This document shows, one piece after another, positions 18,913-26,757 of a stretch of DNA of 27,604 nt. The notes under the pieces are model-generated. The model was not told the origin of the DNA. It saw only the letters and a program-made list of their open reading frames with translations, and searched no databases. Position numbers and translations under genes: made by a program. Origin of the DNA: a virus (lineage: Duplodnaviria; Caudoviricetes); IMG/VR virus record IMGVR_UViG_3300037465_000011, positions 1-27,604 of that record; one strand, given 5' to 3'. Positions within the stretch are counted from its first letter, which is position 1, and the number at the start of each line of letters is the position of its first letter.

Positions 18913-19893
18913 ATGGGCTGGGAAGTCGTTGGCGACACCCTGACGCAGATCGGGCTCGCCGGGATTCAGAACGAGTTTTACGACCGGCGCCGGCAAAAAG
19001 AGCTTGAGGACGCCGACAAGCGTCGCAAGCAGCAGATCACGGAGAAGGAAGCCGCCGAGCGGAAGAAAGCCGATGAGCTCTACAACGCGCTGAAGCCGAG
19101 GCTCGGCGACGAAGGTGCTCGCGCCGTTGCGTACGGCGGACTATCGGTGAATGAATGGCTGGCGACGAAGGAGCAAGACGACCCTTACCAGCAGTGGCTC
19201 AGTGCGTTGCCTGAAGCCGAGTTGGCGAAGGTGTATCGCATACGTTCCGGGCTCGCCCCGAAAGCCCAGGCGCCGAAGCCGTCGAAGCCGAGCTACGACA
19301 AGATCATCATGCCGGACGGGAACGAGGCGTATCACCCCAAGGGTGAGCCGCTGCCGAAGGGGGCTCGGTTCTACACCGCTGGTGGCCGCGGCGACAAGCC
19401 GAGCTACGACAAGATCATCATGCCGGACGGGAGCGAGGCGTATCACCCCAAGGGTGAGCCGCTGCCGAGGGGGGCTCGGTTCTACACCGCTGGTGGCCGC
19501 GGCGACAAAGAGGATCGAGGCTTCACTCGGAGTGAGGCGCTCGCACTGGCGAAGTCTGAAATCTCCGATCTCGAAATGAACGAGCGCGAGCGTCGTGGCT
19601 ACATCGAACGGCGCATGGCGACGCTCGGCTATAACAGTGACGGCAAGCGCGCGCCGGAAGGCGCGATGGACCGAGCGCGTGCCTACATCGCCGCCCTGAA
19701 TCGCTACATGAACGACGAAACGCCCGGGCTAGCTCGCGATCCGAACCTGCCCGCGCGCGCGCAACCATCCACTGCTGGCGGCCGCGGCTCATCGCCAGAA
19801 AACCCCATTGACGTAGCATCCCCGGAAGAAGCGTCGAAGCAACCGCCGGGTACGTGGATTCGCCTACCAAACGGTGAAGTCGGGCAAACCTGA
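18913..19893 (+). CDS. Putative internal virion / ejection protein (326 aa) with an internal duplication
   Basis: GGAGGA SD, charged helical sequence, C-terminal LPPGT-like motif (QPPGTWIRLPNG), and TGATG coupling to the giant gene. Confidence 0.7.
   Translation: MGWEVVGDTLTQIGLAGIQNEFYDRRRQKELEDADKRRKQQITEKEAAERKKADELYNALKPRLGDEGARAVAYGGLSVNEWLATKEQDDPYQQWLSALPEAELAKVYRIRSGLAPKAQAPKPSKPSYDKIIMPDGNEAYHPKGEPLPKGARFYTAGGRGDKPSYDKIIMPDGSEAYHPKGEPLPRGARFYTAGGRGDKEDRGFTRSEALALAKSEISDLEMNERERRGYIERRMATLGYNSDGKRAPEGAMDRARAYIAALNRYMNDETPGLARDPNLPARAQPSTAGGRGSSPENPIDVASPEEASKQPPGTWIRLPNGEVGQT
19285..19508 (+). repeat. Tandem 111-bp duplication (2 copies, 37 aa each)
   Basis: Copies start at 19285 and 19396 and differ at only two positions (aac/agc, aag/agg): KPSYDKIIMPDG[N/S]EAYHPKGEPLP[K/R]GARFYTAGGRGD. 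Confidence 0.95.
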
Positions 19894-22800
19894 TGGCCGC
19901 ATGGTGGGAGGACCCGTCGAAGTACCAGCCGGCGCCGGTCGCTGGGGCGAGCAAGCGGAAGTGGTGGGAGGACCCGTCGAAGTATGGCGAGCCGACCATG
20001 GGCGCACCGGAGCCCGTTCCGCTGTCGCAGGAGGAACGCGAGGCTGCCGACGACCCCGGGTTTTGGGGCACCACACGCGAACTCGCCAAGGCCAACCTTG
20101 AGACGCAGGTTGCCGGGCTGATGCGCGCCTCCGGCGAGGCTCCGCAGGCAGCCCGCGAGCGCATCGCCGCAGCCATGCCCAACACCGGCGATCCACGCGA
20201 GGACGCCACCCGCCTACTCCGCGCGCCCCTGAGCGTCGCCCGAGCCGCGTTCGACCTTCCGGCGATGGTAACGGAAGTCGCGATACCGGACTACTTCGCC
20301 GAACAACGCCGCATCGGCGAAGAACTCGGCGACCTTGCCTCGGCTACGCGCGAGAAAGTCGCCCCCTACACTGAAACCTGGGAAACCTCGCCGCCGCTGT
20401 ACGTGGCGCAGCAGGGACTCGCGCAGATTCCGACCATGGCCGGCGCCATGCTGGCGTCGCGTGTCAATCCGACGGCCGGCACCGCGGTGCTTACGGCGCT
20501 CGCTGGCGGTGCGTCCTACCAGAAGTCCCGCGAGGAAGGGCTGACGCCGGTCGAGGCGCAGGCCCGAGCGGCCGTGGAAGGGCCGGTAGAAGGCATCACC
20601 GAGCGCATCCCGTTCGCTGTGGCGCTAGGACGCGCAGGAGCGGCCCTGCGCGGCGTTGTCGGCGAGCGCGCCGCAAAGGTCATCACCGACAACATCGCCG
20701 CCCGCGTGGCCGCTACAGGCGCTACGGAGGCCACGCAAGAAGTGCTGGCCGAGTCCGTCAGCATGGCCTACGAAGCGGGCGAGCTTGGTCGCGACATTCC
20801 GGCCGATCAGGTTCTGAGTCGGCTGCGGGATGCCGGCTTGATCGGTGCGGCGATCGGCGGACCTCTAGGCGCGGCCGGTTACACCGCCGAACCGCAGCCC
20901 CGCGCCGCCGCCAGCCGGGAGCCCACGATCGACGACTACCGCGAGGCTGCCGCGTTTCTGACTCCGCGAGCCCGCGCCGAACCGGCTCCTGTACAGCCCC
21001 GCGCCGCCGTCCGCCAAGCCCGCCTCGACGCACTCAAGGCCGCCCGTGCCCGTACCGACGATCCGGCCACGCAAGGCTCCCTGGACGCCACCGTAGCCGT
21101 CGAAGAGGCCCGGGCGCGGCAAGAGGCCAAGCCGCTGCCTGTAGCGCCTGTAGCGGCTCCTGAGGGGACTAGCAAGGAACAAACCACGGGTGGGTTAATT
21201 CCCGAGTCCGATGACCTCTCCGCCCGCCTCCAATCCGAAATGCTGCGCCGCGCTCAAGCCGAGTTCGACGCCCGCGGCAAGGCACTCGCGGATGCGGCTG
21301 GCGGGCTCGCGGCGCCGGAGGCGGTGGAATCGCTGGTGTCGGAACTGGCGCAGCGGTATGGTGTCGAGCGTGGACAGATCACCGGCCTTCCCGACACTGC
21401 AAGCGATGGCGCGAGTGTGCGCCTCGAACCCGGACTTGAGCCTCAGCCTGGAGCGGCATCCGCCGTCAGCGCAGGGTCGGCCGGCGTACTACAAACTGTA
21501 CGCAGCGACGGATCGAGCCCGCCCGTTGTGGCAGGCCGAAATGCCGTGGCTGGAATGGCTCAAGATGAGCCTTTGGTACGCTCGGTCACTGCCCCGTACG
21601 CCACAGCCACCACTCCCGTAGATGGCGACCAAGCACGTCCGCCCGACGTTCCGGCTTCGCCGCGGCCGCTTCCTGTGGCTGCGGAGCAGCCTTTGGCTGG
21701 CGCCGCACTGGCGGCCGACGACGCTGGTGCTGTGGCGCCCCAAGTTCAGCCGCTCGACCCCGCCGCCCGCCGCGCCGCCGACTTCGAGCAGCGCCTAGCC
21801 GACCTCCAGGCCGGCGACAACCCTCTTACCGAGCAGCAGGTAGCGCGCGTCCGGGAGCGGATGCGGCGCGAGGAACCGATCGACTCCGTTACCGGCCTGT
21901 ACCAGCGCGGAGACCTTGTTCCAACGATCGATGTTGCGAAGGAGCGTAGCGCCACCGAGCCCGTCATCTACGTCGAGTCCGACATGGTGAACTTGGGCGG
22001 GCTCAACGAGAACCTCGGCAACAACCGCGCCGATCCGCACTTGCGCCAGTTCGCGCAGACGGTCAAGACTGCGCTCAAGAGGGCCGGCGGCGAGTCCGTC
22101 GTGATCCGCAAGGGAGGTGATGAAGTCGGGGCGATCGTCGTCGGCCTGACACAGCCGCAAGTCGAAGCGGCGATGGATCAGGCGCGCGTCGAGTTCGCGC
22201 AGTACGCACGCGACCAAGGTATCGACGCCGTGCCTCGCAAGCGCGGCGGCCCGCCGACCGGAACCGGCTTGCACTACGGCGTTTCCGTGATCCAGCCGAA
22301 CCTTGACGCGGACGCTATACTGAGTGAAGCCGACACGCTGGTGGAGGCTCGCAAACTAGGGGCGCCTTATGGGTCAGGAACGGTTGAAGCGGCTGGGACT
22401 GGACAAGGTGCCGGAGGCGCAACGTCGGGCGGTCTTGGACAGGATGTACAGCGAGCGCAAGTCGGAGAACGACCGGAAGCGGGCGGAGTACGAACGGCGG
22501 CAGAAGCCGAAGGGCTGAGCTATAGGCTACCTGTCGAACCGACCACGCAAGCCGGAACAGGCGTTCGGCCTGCCTCTACAACGGAATTGGCGCAGGGTGA
22601 CGTTCGCAAAGCCGCCGTCCGCTCCATCATCGAGCGCAAGCACGGCGCCCGATTCGCGCGCAAGGCGGTAGACGGCGGGCTGGTCCCCGAGATTCCCGAA
22701 GGCGCATCCGACGCCGACGTACTGGCGGCCGTCGAGCGCGACACCGTAGCCGCAGCCGTCGAGTCCGCGCAGGACACCGACGAGTACCGCAGCGGCAATC

Positions 22801-25800
22801 GCCGAGAGGCCGTCGAGCGCGCGCTGAACCGCATGGGCATCGCCATGTCCGCGATCGAGCGCGACTGGCGTCCCATCGTCGAGCGCGACTGGCGTCTCAT
22901 CGTCGAGCCTGCCGTCACCAAGCCCAAGGTTCCGCCGACCTCCACCAAGAACGAGACGATGCGGGCCGAGCGCGAGGAATCCGGGCGCGACCCGATCCTG
23001 CGCGAAGCCGCCCGCAGCAACGAGGAAACACTAGCGGCCGCCCGCGAGACACTGGCGAAGAACCCGAACGCTGGACGCGAAATCGTCGATCGGTTGCGCA
23101 ACAGCACCAGCGCCGATATCTCGCTCGACGACGAGGCCGTACTGCTGATCGAAAAGGTCACGCTGCGCAACCAGCGCAACGACGCCGCCGAGCGCGCATC
23201 GGACCAGAACGCTACCGAGGAAAGCCGCCGCGTCGCCAAGGAACAGTGGCAGGAGGCCGAGGAACGGATCAACGCGATTGACCAAGCCACGTACCAGTCC
23301 GGCAAGGAATGGGGGCGCCTGGGTCAGTTCCGACAGCGGATGTTGCGCGAGGATTTCACGTTCGAGGCGCTGGAACGCAAAGAACGTGTTCGCGAGGGGC
23401 GCCCGCTGACGCAGGAGGAATCGGCCAAGCTCAAGGAGCAGGCCGACAAGATCGCGGTGCTGCAAGCTCAGAACGAACGCACGCAGAAGGCACTTGAGGA
23501 TGCGCTGTTCCGCCAAGCGTCCGAGGACACGTACGACGCCATCGTGAAGCAGATGGCCGAGACGTTCGGCGGCAAGAAACGCAAGCGCCCGACGCTCGAC
23601 AAGCTCAAGCAGTGGAACGACGAGTCCAGGGCCGCGCTCGACAAGATGCTCGGTCGCTTGAGCGCTGGCGTCGATCCCACGGCATTCTTCCACCTGTCCC
23701 GCATCGGCCTGTACCAGTTTGCGAAAGGCTACGTGCAGCTTGTGGACTGGATGACGCAGATGAAGGTCGCGCTCGGCGTCAGGCTGTTCAACCTGTCGCG
23801 GCCGGCGCTGCCTGACGTGTACGCGGCGGCGAAGGCACTGGCGACGCCGGAGCAGCGTACCGCCGAAGCCGCCGCACCGAAGCCGGCCACTATCGTCGAG
23901 CAGATCGACCCGCAGAACCTCACGCACAAGGACGTGGCCGACCTCGCGCGAGCACACATCCGCGCTGGCGTGCATGGTGAGGCTGCGGTCATGAAGGCCG
24001 TGCACGCGGACCTCGCCAAGATCGTGGACGGCATCACCGAGCGCGACGTGCGGCGGCTGTTTACCGAGTACGGACAGGCCGCGTTCCCGAGTCGCGAAGC
24101 CGATCGCGTCGAACTGCGCGAACTTCGGGCGCTGGTGCAGTTACAGGAGTCGATCGACCGATTGGCTGAAGGACGGGACCCGTTGCGCTCAGGCCCGCAG
24201 CGCGACAAAGACACGCAGGCGATCCGCGAAAAGCGGATGCTGCTGAACGACATGCTGAAGGCTCGCGCGCGTGCGTCGGTGGCATCACCGGAGAAACTGG
24301 CGACGTACCAGGAAGCGCGCGCGAACAACCTCAAGCACCAGATCGAGGATTTGGAGAAGCAGATCGCGACCGGCGAGCGTCCGCAGCATGTTCCGCCACC
24401 GGAGCCGTCGCCGGAAGTGAAGCGGTTGACCGAACAGCGTGACGCACTGCGGCGGCGCATTCAGGAAATCGACGCGCAGAACAAGGGACCGCCGAAGGAA
24501 ACAGCACAGCAGCGATACTTGCGCCAGCGTGAGGAATCGCTGGCGGCGCAGATTGATGCGCTGACGAAGCGCGTTGCCGGCGAGTCTGCGGCGGCGAAGG
24601 ACGACACGCCGAAGCCGACGACACCGGAACTGGAGAGGTTGAAGGCGGCGCTGGATGGCCTACGCAAGCAACTGCGCGCGATCGAGCGTCCGCCTGCGAC
24701 GCCGGAGGCCCGCGCCAAGGCCGCGCGCCTGTCGCAGCTTCGCCAGCAGATCAAGGTGCTCGAAGAGCGTATCGCGACCGGCAAGAAGTCGGCGACAGGG
24801 CCGCGGCAAGACGTGCCGGACGCCGAGACTCAGGCGTTGATCGACCAGCGCGACGCACTGCGCGCCAAGATCAAGGCCGCAGAGGAAGCCGCGAATCCGC
24901 CGCTGACCGAGGAACAGCAGTACCAGCGCACACGCGCCAAGGGCCTGCAACGACTGCTGCGCGACGTACAGGCCCGCAACGCTGCCGGCGACTTCGCGCT
25001 CCGTGTGCGCCCGCCGCCGCGTGACCTCGACGCCGCGAACAAGGAAGCCAAGTACAAGCTCGATCAGGCCAAGATGGAGTTTGCGCGGTGGCAGTTCGAG
25101 ATGGAAATGCGCAAGCGACCGCTGTTGAAGCGCATCTTCGACGTAACCGTGGTGCAGCCGTTGAACCTCGCGCGTGCGTCCTTGATTGGTCTTGACCTGG
25201 CGGCTGTGCTGCGGCAGGGCGGCTTCATCGTGCTTGGGCACCCGATCCGCGGCGTCAAGGCGATGGTGCCGATGTTCCGCGCGATGGTGTCGGAGGTGCA
25301 GGCGCACGCGATCGAGGACGCCATCCACAACCGCCCGAACGCCGACCTGTACGAGAAGGCCAAGCTCGAACTGACGAAGCGCAGCAGCTTCAAGCTGTCG
25401 GAAATCGAGGAACAGTACCAGTCGCGGTGGCTGGAAAAACTGCCGTGGTGGACCGTCGCCGGACCCATCATGCGCGGCTCGCAACGCGCGTTCACGACGT
25501 TCCTCAACGTGTTGCGGGCCGACACCTTCGACGCGATGGCGGCAGGCCTGAGCCTGCGCCGAAAACCGACGCTCGACGAAGCCAAGATCATCGCGAACTA
25601 CGTCAACGTCGCGACCGGGCGCGGCAAGATCGGCACCAAGGGCACAACCGGAACCGGGCTCAACACCGTGTTCTTCGCGCCGCGGCTGGTGGCGTCGCGG
25701 TTCAACCTGTTAGCTGGTCAACCGATGTACGGCGGCACCGCCCGCACGCGTGCCTACATCGCCGCTGAATACGCGCGGTTCCTCATGGGCACGGCCGCGG

Positions 25801-26360
25801 CCATCGCGCTGCTCATGTGGGGGCTCAGCGATGACGACGACAAAGCCACGTTGGAGCTTGATCCGCGCTCGAGCGACTTCGGCAAGGTGAAGATCGGCAA
25901 CACGCGCATTGACCCGCTGGCTGGGCTGGCACAAGTTACCGTGTTCCTGTCGCGCGTGGCGACCGGCGTCACGATCACGTCGAAGGGCGAAATGAAGCCG
26001 CTGCGCAACGCCTACCGGCTGTTCGACGATGGCACTCGGACATGGCATGGCTACCGACTCAAGTATCGCGAAGTAGCCTACGGTGACGACACCACTTACG
26101 ACGTGCTGACACGATTCCTGCGCACGAAGCTGGCGCCGTTCCCTGGAACAATGGTGAACCTAGCCGTTGGGGAGAACGTGGTCGGGGAGCCTGTGGGGCC
26201 GGATGATGCCGCGCTGAGTCTCGTCACCCCGCTGTCGGTGCAGAACGTTGCCGACGTGATGGAAGAGCACGGTATGCCGAAGGGCTCGGCGATCACTATG
26301 CTGGAACTGCTCGGGATGAGCGTGAGTCACTACGACGCGCACGCCAAACGCAAGGAGTAG
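19893..26360 (+). CDS. Giant internal virion / DNA-transfer (polyvalent-type) protein, 2155 aa, containing a GGDEF-like domain
   Basis: Last and largest gene of the ejection cluster. It has an Ala/Gly-rich amphipathic N-terminal region (EG.TE...EA.QE), a GGDEF-like domain at about aa 664-821, helical repeats, and a C-terminal region with DPRSSDFGKVKIGNTRID. Confidence 0.85.
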   Translation: MAAWWEDPSKYQPAPVAGASKRKWWEDPSKYGEPTMGAPEPVPLSQEEREAADDPGFWGTTRELAKANLETQVAGLMRASGEAPQAARERIAAAMPNTGDPREDATRLLRAPLSVARAAFDLPAMVTEVAIPDYFAEQRRIGEELGDLASATREKVAPYTETWETSPPLYVAQQGLAQIPTMAGAMLASRVNPTAGTAVLTALAGGASYQKSREEGLTPVEAQARAAVEGPVEGITERIPFAVALGRAGAALRGVVGERAAKVITDNIAARVAATGATEATQEVLAESVSMAYEAGELGRDIPADQVLSRLRDAGLIGAAIGGPLGAAGYTAEPQPRAAASREPTIDDYREAAAFLTPRARAEPAPVQPRAAVRQARLDALKAARARTDDPATQGSLDATVAVEEARARQEAKPLPVAPVAAPEGTSKEQTTGGLIPESDDLSARLQSEMLRRAQAEFDARGKALADAAGGLAAPEAVESLVSELAQRYGVERGQITGLPDTASDGASVRLEPGLEPQPGAASAVSAGSAGVLQTVRSDGSSPPVVAGRNAVAGMAQDEPLVRSVTAPYATATTPVDGDQARPPDVPASPRPLPVAAEQPLAGAALAADDAGAVAPQVQPLDPAARRAADFEQRLADLQAGDNPLTEQQVARVRERMRREEPIDSVTGLYQRGDLVPTIDVAKERSATEPVIYVESDMVNLGGLNENLGNNRADPHLRQFAQTVKTALKRAGGESVVIRKGGDEVGAIVVGLTQPQVEAAMDQARVEFAQYARDQGIDAVPRKRGGPPTGTGLHYGVSVIQPNLDADAILSEADTLVEARKLGAPYGSGTVEAAGTGQGAGGATSGGLGQDVQRAQVGERPEAGGVRTAAEAEGLSYRLPVEPTTQAGTGVRPASTTELAQGDVRKAAVRSIIERKHGARFARKAVDGGLVPEIPEGASDADVLAAVERDTVAAAVESAQDTDEYRSGNRREAVERALNRMGIAMSAIERDWRPIVERDWRLIVEPAVTKPKVPPTSTKNETMRAEREESGRDPILREAARSNEETLAAARETLAKNPNAGREIVDRLRNSTSADISLDDEAVLLIEKVTLRNQRNDAAERASDQNATEESRRVAKEQWQEAEERINAIDQATYQSGKEWGRLGQFRQRMLREDFTFEALERKERVREGRPLTQEESAKLKEQADKIAVLQAQNERTQKALEDALFRQASEDTYDAIVKQMAETFGGKKRKRPTLDKLKQWNDESRAALDKMLGRLSAGVDPTAFFHLSRIGLYQFAKGYVQLVDWMTQMKVALGVRLFNLSRPALPDVYAAAKALATPEQRTAEAAAPKPATIVEQIDPQNLTHKDVADLARAHIRAGVHGEAAVMKAVHADLAKIVDGITERDVRRLFTEYGQAAFPSREADRVELRELRALVQLQESIDRLAEGRDPLRSGPQRDKDTQAIREKRMLLNDMLKARARASVASPEKLATYQEARANNLKHQIEDLEKQIATGERPQHVPPPEPSPEVKRLTEQRDALRRRIQEIDAQNKGPPKETAQQRYLRQREESLAAQIDALTKRVAGESAAAKDDTPKPTTPELERLKAALDGLRKQLRAIERPPATPEARAKAARLSQLRQQIKVLEERIATGKKSATGPRQDVPDAETQALIDQRDALRAKIKAAEEAANPPLTEEQQYQRTRAKGLQRLLRDVQARNAAGDFALRVRPPPRDLDAANKEAKYKLDQAKMEFARWQFEMEMRKRPLLKRIFDVTVVQPLNLARASLIGLDLAAVLRQGGFIVLGHPIRGVKAMVPMFRAMVSEVQAHAIEDAIHNRPNADLYEKAKLELTKRSSFKLSEIEEQYQSRWLEKLPWWTVAGPIMRGSQRAFTTFLNVLRADTFDAMAAGLSLRRKPTLDEAKIIANYVNVATGRGKIGTKGTTGTGLNTVFFAPRLVASRFNLLAGQPMYGGTARTRAYIAAEYARFLMGTAAAIALLMWGLSDDDDKATLELDPRSSDFGKVKIGNTRIDPLAGLAQVTVFLSRVATGVTITSKGEMKPLRNAYRLFDDGTRTWHGYRLKYREVAYGDDTTYDVLTRFLRTKLAPFPGTMVNLAVGENVVGEPVGPDDAALSLVTPLSVQNVADVMEEHGMPKGSAITMLELLGMSVSHYDAHAKRKE
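19902..19984 (+). repeat. 23-bp direct repeat encoding WWEDPSKY twice
   Basis: tggtgggaggacccgtcgaagta occurs at 19902 and 19962. Confidence 0.9.
21358..21621 (+). CDS. Candidate overprinted ORF A (+1 frame, 87 aa) nested in the giant gene
   Basis: MVSSVDRSPAFPTLQAMARVC...AYYKLYAATDRARPLWQAEMPWLEWLKMSLWYARSL. The host frame loses its G/C third-position bias here. The start is uncertain. Confidence 0.5.
   Translation: MVSSVDRSPAFPTLQAMARVCASNPDLSLSLERHPPSAQGRPAYYKLYAATDRARPLWQAEMPWLEWLKMSLWYARSLPRTPQPPLP
21622..21798 (+). CDS. Candidate overprinted ORF B (+1 frame, 58 aa)
   Basis: ATG immediately follows the TAG of ORF A (TAGATG); MATKHVRPTFRLRRGRFLWLRSSLWLAPHWRPTTLVLWRPKF... Confidence 0.35.
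   Translation: MATKHVRPTFRLRRGRFLWLRSSLWLAPHWRPTTLVLWRPKFSRSTPPPAAPPTSSSA
21882..22356 (+). other. GGDEF-like (diguanylate cyclase fold) domain within the giant protein
   Basis: DSVTGLYQR, ESDMVNLGGLNENLGNNRAD..L, IRKGGDEV (GGDEV at 22113-22127), GLHYGVS and ADTLVEARK are all in canonical order and spacing. Confidence 0.85.
22369..22518 (+). CDS. Candidate overprinted ORF C (+1 frame, 49 aa) directly after the GGDEF domain
   Basis: AGGGG SD 6 nt before ATG; MGQERLKRLGLDKVPEAQRRAVLDRMYSERKSENDRKRAEYERRQKPKG. Codon bias switches to this frame. Confidence 0.6.
   Translation: MGQERLKRLGLDKVPEAQRRAVLDRMYSERKSENDRKRAEYERRQKPKG
22855..22908 (+). repeat. 24-bp in-frame tandem duplication (ERDWR[P/L]IV x2)
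   Basis: tcgagcgcgactggcgtc[c/t]catcg twice, plus a partial tcgagc. Confidence 0.9.
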
Positions 26361-26463
26361 CAGCAGCGGCAGCTGTGGTGGACGCCGTATCAACCGCGCG
26401 CACGTCAGGCACAGCGGTACATACGGTCCCATGCGCGCTGACGTTCCAGCGACCGGCGCGCCG

Positions 26464-26757
26464 TCACTTCGGCTTCCTCCGCTCGGCCTTGCGGGCGGCG
26501 AGTAGCCTGTCGACGGCTTTGTGCAACCGTGTCAGTTCCTGGCCGTAGATGCTGCCGGAGGTTGCCCGAGTACTGAACGCCACGGCTGCGCGCACGAGCC
26601 AACGCTCCGCCTCCGCTACCGTCGTCCGCCGCTGATCCGCGCGGCTGCTGCGCTTGTGCGTCTGCACGTCGGCGAACTTGCCGCGCTTTCGGACGGCGTA
26701 GAGCTTGGTGCCGGTCTTGCTGCGGTGCGTGGTGCGGGTCACGGTCTTGCGCTTCAT
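26464..26757 (-). CDS. Small, very basic hypothetical protein (97 aa)
   Basis: ATG at 26757 overlaps the stop of the upstream gene; MKRKTVTRTTHRSKTGTKLYAVRKRGKFADVQTHKRS... Confidence 0.65.
   Translation of the reverse strand: MKRKTVTRTTHRSKTGTKLYAVRKRGKFADVQTHKRSSRADQRRTTVAEAERWLVRAAVAFSTRATSGSIYGQELTRLHKAVDRLLAARKAERRKPK

Noticed and set aside
19285-19508. Direct repeats as a CRISPR array or a diversity-generating retroelement template/variable repeat pair
   Set aside because: There are only two abutting in-frame copies with no spacers. Both differences are A/G, but no reverse transcriptase or cas gene is in the window.
21211-21357. 5' part of the track's 136-aa nested ORF
   Set aside because: Main-frame codon bias is normal here and the +1 translation looks random, so the nested gene more plausibly starts at or after 21358.
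22519-22671. Further open +1 frame after nested ORF C
   Set aside because: No SD-associated start codon and only a short stretch of altered codon bias.
19893-26360. Virion RNA polymerase, DarB-like methyltransferase/helicase or lytic transglycosylase domains in the giant protein
   Set aside because: No NPP(Y/F), Walker/DExD, polymerase or transglycosylase motifs were recognised by eye; a profile search is needed to exclude remote domains.
26160-26432. - strand ORF with CxxC (MGPYVPLCLTCARL...)
   Set aside because: Mostly antisense to the end of the giant gene, with no SD and no other support.
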